50,252 bases of DNA, taken from the NCBI GenBank assembly GCA_041946635.1, contig JBHGAX010000003.1, positions 1-50,252 on the forward strand. The letters are read 5' to 3'. The notes under the pieces were generated by a model, which searched no databases, was not told the origin of the DNA, and was given only the letters and a program-made list of their open reading frames with translations. Position 1 is the stretch's first letter; each line of letters opens with the position of its first letter. This document shows, one piece after another, positions 8,923 through 18,706 of this stretch. A program made the translations under genes and the position numbers. Origin of the DNA: Candidatus Methylomirabilales bacterium. GTDB taxonomy: Bacteria; Methylomirabilota; Methylomirabilia; Methylomirabilales; 2-02-FULL-66-22.

Positions 8923-8942
8923 GGGTACAGAAGGGGTCCAAT
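8899..8942 (+). repeat. perfect 22-bp tandem direct repeat (AGGGGTACAGAAGGGGTCCAAT x2)
   Basis: Two exact copies at 8899 and 8921, followed by TGcGATACT (extended -10-like) near 8966-8974. Confidence 0.85.
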
Positions 8943-9317
8943 TGCCGTGGCTGACCAAAAACCTGTGCGATACTCCGGGCCACGATCGGAGAGGTGTCAG
9001 CGAAGCGCCCGCGCCTCCTCCTCGCCAGCGCCCCCGGCGGCCCGTCCAGCCCCGGGGGCGTCGCCGTTTGAGGGCAGCCATGGTGGACCACGATCCGATC
9101 AGCCGTGAGGTCGCCGCCCTGTTCCGCGCTGTTCGCGGTCCCGACCGCTGTGCCTTCCGCGAGCGGTACGCGCTGGTCGGGGGTGTGGGGCGTGCAGCGG
9201 CGTGCCAGGTACTGCCGATGCGCGCGGACAATCGGCGGGGGCCCCTGGGAGATCCGGAGAGTGCGGGTGACGCGGCACGCGGCTTTTGCCCCCCTCGCAG
9301 GTGCCCCTAAGGCTGCA

Positions 9318-9830
9318 ATGCAGGACACCGGCACTCCTACTCCGGTCCTGATCCGCCGCCCGGAGGCCTGCCGGCTCCTCGGCGGCATGGCGGAGCGGAC
9401 CTTCGCCAAGCTCGAGGCGGACGGCGTGATCGTGCCGACGGTACGCGGGAGCGGCCGGCGGCCCTCGGAGTACGACCCGTTCACGATCGTGCCGGCGTAC
9501 CTGGGGTACCTCAAGACGGGCAAGACGGCGAGCGGGGACCGCGAGGCCCGGGCCCGGCGGGATCGCTCCCAGGCCGACCTGAACGAGTTGCGGCTCCTGG
9601 AGGCCCGGAAGGAGCTACTGCCGCGCGCCCAGGTCGTCCGGGATGGCAAAGCCTTCATCGTCGCCGCCAAGGCCAAGTTACGCGCGCTTCCCCGCCGGAT
9701 GGCGCAGGCCGGCCTGGTCACGCTCGAGCAACAGCCGGCCGTGGCGGACCTGATCCGCGAGGCGCTGGAGGAAATGGCCCGGTGGCGCAAGGGGATCGAC
9801 CTGGTCGCGGCGGCCAAAGGCGATGCGTGA
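9318..9830 (+). CDS. terminase small subunit (Nu1-like)
   Basis: N-terminal winged HTH, then EARARRDRSQADLNELRL coiled coil; directly precedes large subunit. Confidence 0.85.
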   Translation: MQDTGTPTPVLIRRPEACRLLGGMAERTFAKLEADGVIVPTVRGSGRRPSEYDPFTIVPAYLGYLKTGKTASGDREARARRDRSQADLNELRLLEARKELLPRAQVVRDGKAFIVAAKAKLRALPRRMAQAGLVTLEQQPAVADLIREALEEMARWRKGIDLVAAAKGDA

Positions 9831-11875
9831 GGTACGGCGCCTCGCCGATCGCCGAGTGGGCGGAGGCCTGGGCCCCGCCACCGAAGCTCACTGTCAGCGA
9901 GTGGGCCGACGCGAACCGGGTGCTCCCGGAGACGAGCGCCGCGCGCGGGGCCCGGTGGCGCTCCGAGGACGTGCCGCACCTGCCCGGCATCATGAACGTC
10001 GTGCACGAGCCTGGCGTCCGGACGGTGGCGCTCATGAAGTGCCACCAGTCTGGTGGGTCGGAGGCCCTGAACAACGTGCTCGGCTACCACATGGAGCACG
10101 ACCCCTGCCCGATGCTGCTCGTGCACCCGACCGCGGCTGCGGCGCAGGCCTTCAGCAAGGAGCGGCTGGCCGATATGATCCGCTCGACGCCGGCGCTCCG
10201 CGCGTCGGTGCAGACACGGCGGATCTACGGCGAGGACCGGCGGCCGGAGTCCACCCTGGACCTCACGATGTTCCCGGGTGGCTTCCTGGCGCTGGGCGGG
10301 GCCAACACGCCGAACACCTTCGCGCGCTGGTCGGTGCGCCTGGCGATGGCGGACGACTGCGACCGGTTCCCGGCCGTGGTGGGGGAAGAGGGCGACCCGG
10401 CGCAGTTGCTCGCGAACCGCACCACGACGTTCCATGACCGGATCGTGTTTTTCGTCTCGACGCCGACGCTCATGGGCGGGCGGATCTCCGCGCTCTGGGA
10501 GCGGAGCGACAAGCGGCGGTTTCATGCCAGGTGCCCGCGCTGTGGCCGGGTGGATTACATCACGTGGAACGACGAAGAGCACTTCCGGGTGGTCTTCGCA
10601 GACCGGGATCCCGCGACGGCCCGGATCGAGTGCCCAGGCGAATCGAAGTGCGGCTGCGGCTGGATGATCTTCGAGCCGCAACGCATGGCATTCCTCAAGT
10701 CCCTGCCAGAGGACGAGCGGTGGAAGCCGACGGCCGAGCCGCAGGAGGCTGGGCTCGCCGGCTTCCACGTCCCGGGCATGTTGAGCCCCTGGGTCACCCT
10801 GCAGGAGATGGTCGAGAAGTTCCTGCTGGCGCGGGCCGGTGGCCGCGAGACCTTCAAGGTCTGGGTCAACACGTACCTCGGCGAGGGCTGGGACGACCGC
10901 ACCAGCCATATGGAGGCCTCGGACTTGGAGGTCCGCGTCGAGGACTACGGCACACTCGCCGATGGGACACCGATCGAGGTGCCGGCGCCCGCCGCCGCGC
11001 TCACGGCCGGCGTGGATGTCCAGGCCAGCGGGTTCCTGATGTCCGTCTACGGCTGGGGTCCAATGATGGAGCGCTGGCTCGTCGATTACCGCACGGTCCC
11101 CGGCGACCCGCGGAAGGGTGAGACGCAGGGCGCGCTCCTGGAGGCGTTGTCCAGGAAGTACCAGCACGCCAGCGGGCTGCAGCTCCCCATTCACGCCACG
11201 TGCATCGATACCGGCTGGGCGACGGAAGAGATCTACGAATTCGTCCGTCGCTATCAAGTGCGGCGCATCTACGCGATCAAGGGCGATGACAAGGGCGACG
11301 AGCAGCTCATCTGGCACGTCGCGCCGCCGATGCATGGGCAGACGACCGCATCGAAGACGCGGAGTGCGGCCGCGCGGGCGAAACGGCTGATTCGGCCCGT
11401 CGCCTTGTACGGGGTGAACACGGACGCCGGGAAGGCCCAGGTGATGGCGAGCCTCGCCCTGGCGGGGGACGGCGGCCCGTACTTCACACACTTCCCGGCC
11501 GGCCTGGACCTCGACCACGAATTCTTCGCGCAGCTCTGTTCCCACCATCGCGAGAAGCGCGTGAACCGGCGTGGCGAGGCCGTCGCGAGCGTGTGGATCC
11601 AGGACCGCGAGGCAGACCACGCGCTCGACCAGGCGGTGTATGCCCTCGCGGCCTTCCGGATCCTCCGGCCGAATCTGGCGGACATGGCGGCGCGGATCCG
11701 GGCCGCGGTGAAGCCGGCCGAGCCTGCCGCGCCGCCGCCGGCCGAGGTCCTGGTCGAGAACCTGAAAGCCGCCACGCAGGCGGTGAGCGGCAGGCCGGCG
11801 CCCCCAGCACCCGCGCCGACGCCCGCGCGCGCCACCAGCCGCCGCGTCTGGCGCTCGTCGTACCTGGGTCGCTGA
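9827..11875 (+). CDS. terminase large subunit (lambda GpA family)
   Basis: PPPKLTVSEWAD, MKCHQSGGSE, VSTPT, CPRC, WVNTYLGE, LTAGVDVQ, CIDTG, HALD. Confidence 0.95.
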   Translation: MRYGASPIAEWAEAWAPPPKLTVSEWADANRVLPETSAARGARWRSEDVPHLPGIMNVVHEPGVRTVALMKCHQSGGSEALNNVLGYHMEHDPCPMLLVHPTAAAAQAFSKERLADMIRSTPALRASVQTRRIYGEDRRPESTLDLTMFPGGFLALGGANTPNTFARWSVRLAMADDCDRFPAVVGEEGDPAQLLANRTTTFHDRIVFFVSTPTLMGGRISALWERSDKRRFHARCPRCGRVDYITWNDEEHFRVVFADRDPATARIECPGESKCGCGWMIFEPQRMAFLKSLPEDERWKPTAEPQEAGLAGFHVPGMLSPWVTLQEMVEKFLLARAGGRETFKVWVNTYLGEGWDDRTSHMEASDLEVRVEDYGTLADGTPIEVPAPAAALTAGVDVQASGFLMSVYGWGPMMERWLVDYRTVPGDPRKGETQGALLEALSRKYQHASGLQLPIHATCIDTGWATEEIYEFVRRYQVRRIYAIKGDDKGDEQLIWHVAPPMHGQTTASKTRSAAARAKRLIRPVALYGVNTDAGKAQVMASLALAGDGGPYFTHFPAGLDLDHEFFAQLCSHHREKRVNRRGEAVASVWIQDREADHALDQAVYALAAFRILRPNLADMAARIRAAVKPAEPAAPPPAEVLVENLKAATQAVSGRPAPPAPAPTPARATSRRVWRSSYLGR

Positions 11876-11876
11876 C

Positions 11877-12074
11877 ATGGCCGAGCGCCCGCTGTCGCCG
11901 CACACCCGGGCCCTGCACCTCTCGGTGCACCTGCACGAGCTGGAGCGGATGCGGACCATCGGGCGGTTCGAGGGGTCGCTCCGCGAGAAGCTCGAGGACC
12001 TGATCGACGCCGTGCGGCAAGAGATCGACGAGCTCAGCATCGAGGCGCGATTCGTGGATGGGGTCGCGCCATAG
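11877..12074 (+). CDS. hypothetical protein
   Basis: 65-aa ORF tightly packed after the terminase. Confidence 0.5.
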   Translation: MAERPLSPHTRALHLSVHLHELERMRTIGRFEGSLREKLEDLIDAVRQEIDELSIEARFVDGVAP

Positions 12075-12085
12075 GAGACCGCACG

Positions 12086-12442
12086 ATGGGCAAGCGATCA
12101 CGCGAGCGGAAGTCCTGGCCGCGGCGGCACGACGATGCCAGCGGCCGCTCCCACCGCCGGCCACACACGGTCCGGCGCTGGGTCTGCGCGGACAGCGTGG
12201 TGGACGGCAAGGTCCAGTTGGCCTGCGCGGACGGGATGCTGATCACCTGCTCTGACGGCCTACAGCGGTGCCCGCACCACAAGGTGCTGTTCGACAAGGC
12301 GCGGCTGGAGCAGCGGGCCCAGGCGGCCGCGGCCGCGAGGCACGCCCCGCCGGACCTGGTCGTGGTCCACAAGGGGGCCGCCGTCGGCCCGACGTCCGTT
12401 CAGCCCGCCGGGCAGATCGTCCACCCGCCCAGGGTGGGGTAG
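12086..12442 (+). CDS. hypothetical protein
   Basis: 118-aa ORF with AGGAG RBS and several Cys/His residues. Confidence 0.5.
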   Translation: MGKRSRERKSWPRRHDDASGRSHRRPHTVRRWVCADSVVDGKVQLACADGMLITCSDGLQRCPHHKVLFDKARLEQRAQAAAAARHAPPDLVVVHKGAAVGPTSVQPAGQIVHPPRVG

Positions 12443-12453
12443 GGGGGAGCGCC

Positions 12454-12660
12454 ATGCCCTTCACACAGGCGGACCTCGACGCCCTGGACGCCGCGATCGC
12501 GAAGGGTGAGCAGTCGGTTAGCTTCGCCGATCGCTCGGTGACGTACCGCTCTGTCTCGGAGATGCTCCGGGCCCGGGCCGCCATGGCGGCGGACATCGCA
12601 CGCTCCGCCACCCCGGCGCGGCCGCGGCAGTATTTGGGTCATTCGAGCAAGGGGCTGTAA
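12454..12660 (+). CDS. head-tail joining protein (gpW-like)
   Basis: MPFTQADLDALDAAIAKG...DRSVTYRS; immediately before portal. Confidence 0.85.
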   Translation: MPFTQADLDALDAAIAKGEQSVSFADRSVTYRSVSEMLRARAAMAADIARSATPARPRQYLGHSSKGL

Positions 12661-12664
12661 GGCC

Positions 12665-14206
12665 ATGGCGCTCCTCGACCAGCACGGGCGGCCAATCCAG
12701 CGGTCCGGCGAAGGTCTCGTGCCGTATCGCCATCGCACGACCGTCCGCGCCCTCGCCACCTACGAGGGGGCGAGCACCACGCGGCGCGCGCGCGGGATCC
12801 ACGCCCCGACGGTTGGCCCGAATTCCGGCTTGGTCTACTCCCTGGGCCTCCTGCGCGATCGTTCCCGCGCGGCGGTGCGCAACGACGGCCACGCCGAGGC
12901 CGGGATTGATTCCCTCGTGAGCAACATCGTCGGGACGGGCATCACGCCGAAGAGCCTGGCGCCGGATCCCGAGTTCCGGAAGCGCCTGCATCAGCTGTGG
13001 TGGGACTGGACGAGCGAGGCCGACGCGGACGGCCTGCTTGATTTCTACGGCCAGCAGTCGCTGGCGGTCCGAGGCTGGCTGGAGGGCGGCGAGGAATTCA
13101 TCCGCCTGCGCCCGCGCTTGCCGGGCGACGGGCTCACGGTCCCCCTCCAGGTGCAACTCCTGGAGGCCGAGCTGGTCCCACAGGACTACACCACGACGGC
13201 GCCGAACGGCAATCCCATCCGGGCCGGCATCGAGTTCGACAAGATCGGCCGGCGCGCCGCGTATTGGTGCTGGCAGCAACGGCCCGAGCAGCTCGATCCA
13301 TTCCAGGCCGGGGCCGCCATGGTGCGCATCCCGGCCGACCAGATGGTGCACCTCTACGCGCCCATCCGGGCAGGCCAGATCCGCGGGCTGCCGCAGCTGA
13401 CCCGCGCGATCATCCGCCTGCACGACATCGACAACACGGACGATGCCGTGCGCGTCCGGCACAAGCTGGCCAATCTGTTTGTCGGCTTCATCCGGCCGCC
13501 GGCTGTGGACAGCAGCCCCGAGGTGGACCCACTCACCGGGAAAGCGATCGAGACCGAGAACGACCGGGCCCTTGTCGGCCTGGAGCCCGGGCTCTTCCAG
13601 GAGCTGGCGCCGGGCGAGGATGTCACCTTCTCGCAGCCGCCCCAGGTGGGCGGCGATTACTCGGAGTTCCTGCGTCTGCAGCTCCGCGGCGCCGCGGTGG
13701 CCGTCGGCGTCCCCTACGAGCTGCTCACCGGCGACCTGGGCCAGGTGAGCGACCGCAGCCTCCGGGTAATCATCCAGGAGTTCCGGCGGCGCATCGAGCA
13801 GCGGCAGCACCACGTGGTCGCCCACATGCTGAATCGCCGGATCTGGCTCGCGTTCATCACGCGCGCGATCCTGGCCGGCGCCCTCGACGCACCGGCCGCG
13901 TACTGGGCCGACCCGAGGCCATGGACCCGCGTGGAGTGGACCCCGCCGGCCTGGCCTTACCTGCATCCCGTGCAGGACGTGGAGCACGAGAAGCTCATGG
14001 TGCGGTCTGGCTTCAAGAGCCGCCAGCAGGTGGTCAAGGAGCGAGGCTGGGACGTGGAGACGGTGGACGCGGAGATCGCCGCGGACCGGGCCCGGGCGGA
14101 CAGCCTGGGGCTGCAGTTCGACTCTGACGGCGGGCGCCCGTCTGGCGGCACCGTCAGCAACCAGGAGCCGGAGCCGGCGGCGCCGGCGCGAGCGAAAGGA
14201 GCGTAG
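12665..14206 (+). CDS. portal protein, lambda family
   Basis: YEGA, LRDRSR..VRND, VGTGI, GIEFD, GQIRGLP, GVPYELLTGD, HPVQDV. Confidence 0.95.
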   Translation: MALLDQHGRPIQRSGEGLVPYRHRTTVRALATYEGASTTRRARGIHAPTVGPNSGLVYSLGLLRDRSRAAVRNDGHAEAGIDSLVSNIVGTGITPKSLAPDPEFRKRLHQLWWDWTSEADADGLLDFYGQQSLAVRGWLEGGEEFIRLRPRLPGDGLTVPLQVQLLEAELVPQDYTTTAPNGNPIRAGIEFDKIGRRAAYWCWQQRPEQLDPFQAGAAMVRIPADQMVHLYAPIRAGQIRGLPQLTRAIIRLHDIDNTDDAVRVRHKLANLFVGFIRPPAVDSSPEVDPLTGKAIETENDRALVGLEPGLFQELAPGEDVTFSQPPQVGGDYSEFLRLQLRGAAVAVGVPYELLTGDLGQVSDRSLRVIIQEFRRRIEQRQHHVVAHMLNRRIWLAFITRAILAGALDAPAAYWADPRPWTRVEWTPPAWPYLHPVQDVEHEKLMVRSGFKSRQQVVKERGWDVETVDAEIAADRARADSLGLQFDSDGGRPSGGTVSNQEPEPAAPARAKGA

Positions 14207-14208
14207 CG

Positions 14209-15321
14209 ATGGCGAGCCCCGTCAAGGCGGCCCCCCGCGAGTGGTACCGGATCACCATGCAGGCGGACGCCAGCGTCGCCGAGATCTGGGTGTACGACTT
14301 CATCGGCGAGGACCCGTGGACCGGGGAGGGCGTCTCGGCCAAGAAGTTCCTGGACGAGCTGAAGGCCCTTCCCGAATCGGTCAAGACCCTCCGCGTCCAC
14401 GTGAACAGCCCGGGCGGCTCCGTCTTCGATGCGGTCGCGATCGCCAACATGCTCCGCGCGCAGAGCACGGAGCGGGGGCGCACGGTCGAGATGCTCATCG
14501 AGGCCCTGGCCGCCTCCGCCGCGAGCATCATCACGAGCGCCGGCGACAGCATCAAGATCGCCAGCAACGCGATGGTCATGATCCACAACCCGTCCGGCCT
14601 GGTCTGGGGCGAGGCGAAGGACATGCGGTCCATGGCCGACGCGCTCGACAGCATCCGCGACGCCATCGTGGCCACGTACCGGTGGGTCTCCCAGCTCTCG
14701 GCCGAGGCGGTCCAGGCGCTCATGGACGCCACCACCTGGATGGACGCGGAGGAAGCCGTCAAGAACGGCTTCGCCACGGAGATCATCGAGCCCGCCGCGG
14801 TGACGGCCGCGTTCGACCCGCGCTCGCTGAAGGCGCTCGGCGAGATCCCGGAGCAGTACCGCGAGCGCGTGGCGGCGCTGACGGCGAAGGCGGAAGCCAA
14901 GGTGGCGCCGGAGTCTCCCGCCCCGGCCGACCCCGCCGCGGTCCTGGCCGCCTGCCGCGAGGTCGGCTGCCTGGACCTGGCCGAGGAGCTGCTCGCCAGC
15001 AAGGCCACGCCGGAGCAGGTGACCGCCCGCGTCCAGCAGGAGCAGGTCACCCGCAAGGCCGAGGCCGACCGGCAGACGGAGATCCGGGGCCTCTGCGCCG
15101 CGGCCAAGCTCCCCGAGCTGGCCGAGGGCTACATCACGTCCCGCATGCCCGTGGTCGAGGTCAAGACCCACCTGACCACCATCACGGCCAAGATGGACAT
15201 GGTCGAGATCGACACCAAGCTGCCGGCGGACGGGCATGTGCCCGCCAAGCCGAAGGCCGCCCTGAACCCCTCGGCGATCTACGCCGAGCGCCGTGCCCGC
15301 GTCGGGCAGAAAGGAGCGTAG
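14209..15321 (+). CDS. ClpP-like prohead protease with C-terminal scaffold region
   Basis: VNSPGGSV, LAASAAS (Ser), MIHNP (His), WMDAEEA (Asp). Confidence 0.92.
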   Translation: MASPVKAAPREWYRITMQADASVAEIWVYDFIGEDPWTGEGVSAKKFLDELKALPESVKTLRVHVNSPGGSVFDAVAIANMLRAQSTERGRTVEMLIEALAASAASIITSAGDSIKIASNAMVMIHNPSGLVWGEAKDMRSMADALDSIRDAIVATYRWVSQLSAEAVQALMDATTWMDAEEAVKNGFATEIIEPAAVTAAFDPRSLKALGEIPEQYRERVAALTAKAEAKVAPESPAPADPAAVLAACREVGCLDLAEELLASKATPEQVTARVQQEQVTRKAEADRQTEIRGLCAAAKLPELAEGYITSRMPVVEVKTHLTTITAKMDMVEIDTKLPADGHVPAKPKAALNPSAIYAERRARVGQKGA

Positions 15322-15324
15322 GTC

Positions 15325-15723
15325 ATGCCGTACCTGGTGGAGGGAACGCACGCCGGCGAGTTCATCCTGTGGGAGCCGCACGCCAGCTACAGCCGGGAGA
15401 ACGTCACGGTCATCGTCCCGGCGGCGACCACCCTGCCAGCGGGCGCCGTCCTGGTCGAGGGCGTGCTCGGCTGGGCGCCCATGACGGCGGAGACCGCCGT
15501 GGAGGGGGCGAACCTGGGGATCCTCTACGCGCCGCTCACAAACGACGGCGCCGCCCCGGCCAACATGGCGGGCGTCGTGATCGACAAGGTCGCGTCCGTG
15601 CGTGGCGCCGACCTCGACTGGAACAGCCAGGCCCAGGCCGTGGTGCTCACCGCCATGGCGTTGCTGCGCGCTCAGGGTGTCCTGGTCCGCGACTACACGC
15701 CGCCGGCGGACGCGGGGAGCTAA
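15325..15723 (+). CDS. head decoration protein (gpD-like)
   Basis: HAGEFI..E..SYSRE, GAVL, GIL motifs; lies between protease and capsid. Confidence 0.85.
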   Translation: MPYLVEGTHAGEFILWEPHASYSRENVTVIVPAATTLPAGAVLVEGVLGWAPMTAETAVEGANLGILYAPLTNDGAAPANMAGVVIDKVASVRGADLDWNSQAQAVVLTAMALLRAQGVLVRDYTPPADAGS

Positions 15724-15755
15724 GCCGGCCACTCACACACCGCTGAACTGGAGTC

Positions 15756-15803
15756 AAACGCCAGCATCGCCACCCTGATGCTGGCGTTTTCGTTTGTCCT
15801 CAC
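15756..15803 (+). terminator. hairpin plus U-tract element upstream of major capsid gene
   Basis: AAACGCCAGCATC / GATGCTGGCGTTT 13-bp stem followed by TCGTTTGTCC. Confidence 0.65.
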
Positions 15804-15836
15804 ATCCCCGGCCTGCCCGGGAGAACGGAGACAAAA

Positions 15837-16865
15837 ATGCCCACCCTGGATGTCTTCAAGGCGGATGGCTTCTCCATGACAAGCCTGACCAAGGCCATCA
15901 TCGAGACGCCGTTCAGGCCCCGGCGCATCGCGCAACTCGGCCTGTTCAGCGAGATGGGGGTCCCGACGACGAGCGTCATGATCGAGTCCAAGAGCGGGCA
16001 GCTCTCGCTCATCCAGAGCTCGCCCCGCGGTGGCGTCCCCGACACGATCGGCGGGGAGAAGCGGACGATCCGCTCCTTCAACGTCATCCACCTCGCCCGC
16101 GAATCACGGATCAACGCCGATTCCATCCAGGGGCTTCGGGCCTTCGGCTCGTCCTCCGAGATGGAGGCCGTGCAGCCGGTCGTCAACCAGCGCCTCACCA
16201 CGCTGCGCAACATGCACGAGGTCACGCTGGAGCACCTCCGGATCGGCGCCCTCAAGGGCCTGATCCTCGATGGCGACGGCAGCACCGTGCTCTACAACCT
16301 CTTCACCGAGTTCGGCGTCTCGCAGCAGACCGCGGACTTCGAGTTCACGAGCGACACCCTCGACGTGCGGGCCGCCTGCGTGGGCGTGATCCGGCAGATC
16401 GAGGACGTGCTCGGCGGCGCGAGCTACGAGGGCATCCGCTGCTTCTGCTCGTCTGGCTGGTTCGACGCGCTGGTCGGGCACGCCGAGGTCAAGGAGAGCT
16501 TCAAGTACCAGGAGGGCATCGTCCTGCGGAGCGATCTCCGCAACGGCTTCCGGTTCGGCGGCATCGACTTCGAGGAGTACCGCGGCAGCGTCCTGAAGGC
16601 GGACGGCAGCGGCTCCGTCCCCTTCATCGATGCCGACTGCGCCTACGCGTTCCCGGTGGGCGTGCAGCTCGAGCAGGGCGATCTGTTCACCACGTTCTTC
16701 GCGCCGGCGGACTTCATGGAGACCGTCAACACGATCGGCCTCCCGCTGTACGCCAAGATGGCCTTCGACGAGAAGTACAACCGCTGGGTGGAGATCCACT
16801 CGCAGAGCAATCCGCTGCCGCTCTGCCTGATCCCGCGGGCGGTCGTGAAGCTGACGCAGAGCTAA
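15837..16865 (+). CDS. major capsid protein (lambda gpE family)
   Basis: DGFSMTSLTKAI, LGLF, PRGG, TLEHLRIGALKG, FAPADFMETVNTIGLPLYAK, QSNPLPLC. Confidence 0.95.
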   Translation: MPTLDVFKADGFSMTSLTKAIIETPFRPRRIAQLGLFSEMGVPTTSVMIESKSGQLSLIQSSPRGGVPDTIGGEKRTIRSFNVIHLARESRINADSIQGLRAFGSSSEMEAVQPVVNQRLTTLRNMHEVTLEHLRIGALKGLILDGDGSTVLYNLFTEFGVSQQTADFEFTSDTLDVRAACVGVIRQIEDVLGGASYEGIRCFCSSGWFDALVGHAEVKESFKYQEGIVLRSDLRNGFRFGGIDFEEYRGSVLKADGSGSVPFIDADCAYAFPVGVQLEQGDLFTTFFAPADFMETVNTIGLPLYAKMAFDEKYNRWVEIHSQSNPLPLCLIPRAVVKLTQS

Positions 16866-16878
16866 GCCGGAGCCGCCG

Positions 16879-17208
16879 ATGTCTGACCTCCGCCCGGACG
16901 TCGCGATCCCCTTCGCGGCGTTCGGCGTCCCCGCAACCGTCACCGTGCCCGGCGCAGAGCCAGTGGAGACGTCTGCCATCTGGCTCGCGCCGGTCGCCTA
17001 CGAGGTGCCGGGCGTGCTGCGGTCCACCAACGAGCCGCTGTACACCCTGGCCCTCATGCGCTCGGCCGTGCCCCGCGTGCCACGCGGGACGCTCGTCGCG
17101 TGCCCCGAGCGGGCCGGCGGCGAGGTCCTGACCTGGACCGTCGAGGCGATCCTCGGCAAGACCGCGGACGAGATCCGCGTCATCGTCATCCCGACCGAGG
17201 CCGACTGA
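16879..17208 (+). CDS. head-tail joining protein (gpFII-like)
   Basis: FGVPATVT, PRGT; size and synteny. Confidence 0.7.
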   Translation: MSDLRPDVAIPFAAFGVPATVTVPGAEPVETSAIWLAPVAYEVPGVLRSTNEPLYTLALMRSAVPRVPRGTLVACPERAGGEVLTWTVEAILGKTADEIRVIVIPTEAD

Positions 17209-17210
17209 CC

Positions 17211-17774
17211 ATGATGCCCACGATCAAGGTGTCGATGGACACCACGCAGCTCAAGCGCGCGCTGGACCAGCTGGGCAGGCGCGCCCCGCAGGCCATCATG
17301 CGCGCGCTGAACAAGACGGCCCGGACGGTGCGCACGCAGGTCCTCCGCGAGATCCGGAAGGAGATCCGCCTGCCGGCGAAGGACCTCCGGCCCATGCTAC
17401 CCATGATCCCGGCCACCAAGGACCACCTGGAGGCCAAGATCGTGGCGCGGGGCCGGGCGATTTCCCTGATGCGCCTCGGGGCCAAGCAGACCCGGCTGGG
17501 CGTGACCTACAAGGGGCCGAGCGGCCGCGAGCTGATCCGGTCTGCCTTCATCGCGACGATGCCCGGGCGCCGGCGGCCAAACGTCTGGGCGCGCGAGGGC
17601 AAGCCGCGCCTCCCCATCGAGAAGCAGGTGGGCCCGGTCCTCTCCAATGTCGTGATCGAGAAGGGCATCTTCGCCGCGCAGCAGGCCAAGGCCGCCGAGG
17701 CCCTGGCCAAGAATCTGGCGCACGAGACGGCGTACCTGCTGGGCCAGGTCGCCAAGCGGAAGCTCCATGCCTGA
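17211..17774 (+). CDS. minor tail protein (gpZ-like)
   Basis: Basic protein with RALNKTA, SAFIATM, RLPIEK. Confidence 0.8.
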   Translation: MMPTIKVSMDTTQLKRALDQLGRRAPQAIMRALNKTARTVRTQVLREIRKEIRLPAKDLRPMLPMIPATKDHLEAKIVARGRAISLMRLGAKQTRLGVTYKGPSGRELIRSAFIATMPGRRRPNVWAREGKPRLPIEKQVGPVLSNVVIEKGIFAAQQAKAAEALAKNLAHETAYLLGQVAKRKLHA

Positions 17775-18231
17775 CGATCCGATCCGCGAGCGCATCCTGC
17801 AGCACTGCGAGGCGAGTCTCGCGCTGATCGACGGCGCGAGCGCCTACCACCACGCGCTAGCGGCCGTGCACCGGGGCGCGCCGCCGGCCCCTGAGGACCT
17901 GACGCAGCTCCCCGCCGTCTGGCTCCAGGAGGGGGACGAGGACGAGCCCCCCGAGGACAACTGGCTCCTGACCTGGGAGCTGCCGCTCACGGTGGACGGC
18001 TGGTGTCGCGCGGCCGACGGGGCCAACCTGCCCACGCTGGCCAACCGCCTCCTCGCCGACATGGAGCGCGCGCTCATGGTGGACCAGACGCGGGGCGGCC
18101 TGGCCAGGCGGACGCGGATCACGGGCCGGAGCATCACGGTGGACGCGGTGCCCGGCACGATGGCCTCCGCGCGGCTGCAGGCGGTCATCACGTACCACAC
18201 CCGCCGGGGCGATCCGGCGAATGCCGGCTAG
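17767..18231 (+). CDS. tail terminator protein (gpU-like)
   Basis: IRERIL, LPAV, DQTRGGLA, ITYHT; synteny. Confidence 0.75.
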   Translation: MPDDPIRERILQHCEASLALIDGASAYHHALAAVHRGAPPAPEDLTQLPAVWLQEGDEDEPPEDNWLLTWELPLTVDGWCRAADGANLPTLANRLLADMERALMVDQTRGGLARRTRITGRSITVDAVPGTMASARLQAVITYHTRRGDPANAG

Positions 18232-18344
18232 GGGAGTCTGAGAGTGGCAACGCGGATCTACAGCGCATCCTCGCGTTAGCAGCTCCCATCCTGGTAGGGC
18301 TGGTAGCGCTGTACTTCACGCTGTGAATGAAAGGAGAAGCCAAC

Positions 18345-18641
18345 ATGCCTCCCACGCAGGTGCTCCCCGCGTCCCGGTTCAATGTCGACATGCCCGCGAC
18401 CGGCGGACTTGCCTCATCCGTGCGCTTCAAGTGGGGCGCCAGTCCCGGTGAGTACACCGGGCACAGGGACTTTCCCATGGAGCCGAACTTCAGTAAGCCG
18501 ATGGGCGAGGTGCTGCCGGAGCCTGGCGTGTACTACGTGGCGGCCTGTGGCGTCAACGACCTGGGCGAGGGCGCGCTGTCGAATGAAGTGAACGTGGACT
18601 ACCGCGTGCCGGATGCCCCGTCCCTTGGCCTCAGCGTCTAG
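18345..18641 (+). CDS. small fibronectin type III/Ig-like protein
   Basis: FKWGASPGEYT...YYVAACGVNDLGEGALSNEV; AAGGAG RBS. Confidence 0.65.
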   Translation: MPPTQVLPASRFNVDMPATGGLASSVRFKWGASPGEYTGHRDFPMEPNFSKPMGEVLPEPGVYYVAACGVNDLGEGALSNEVNVDYRVPDAPSLGLSV

Positions 18642-18706
18642 GCGAGACTGAGCGCGTCCAGGAGGGCAGTGACCCTGCTCTCGTGGACGCGCATAGGGAG
18701 CGGCAC

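Noticed and set aside
8980-9317. cos site or small gene upstream of terminase small subunit
   Set aside because: Position fits cos for a GpA terminase, but no specific cohesive-end sequence or convincing ORF could be identified
8861-12040. 1059-aa minus-strand ORF and similar long antisense ORFs (e.g. 3241-5001, 13957-15732, 29870-32389)
   Set aside because: Shadow ORFs opposite well-supported genes in high-GC DNA; Arg/Gly/Pro-rich with no motifs
18232-18326. TM-like peptide LQRILALAAPILVGLVALYFTL
   Set aside because: No plausible start or RBS outside the upstream gene; possibly a remnant
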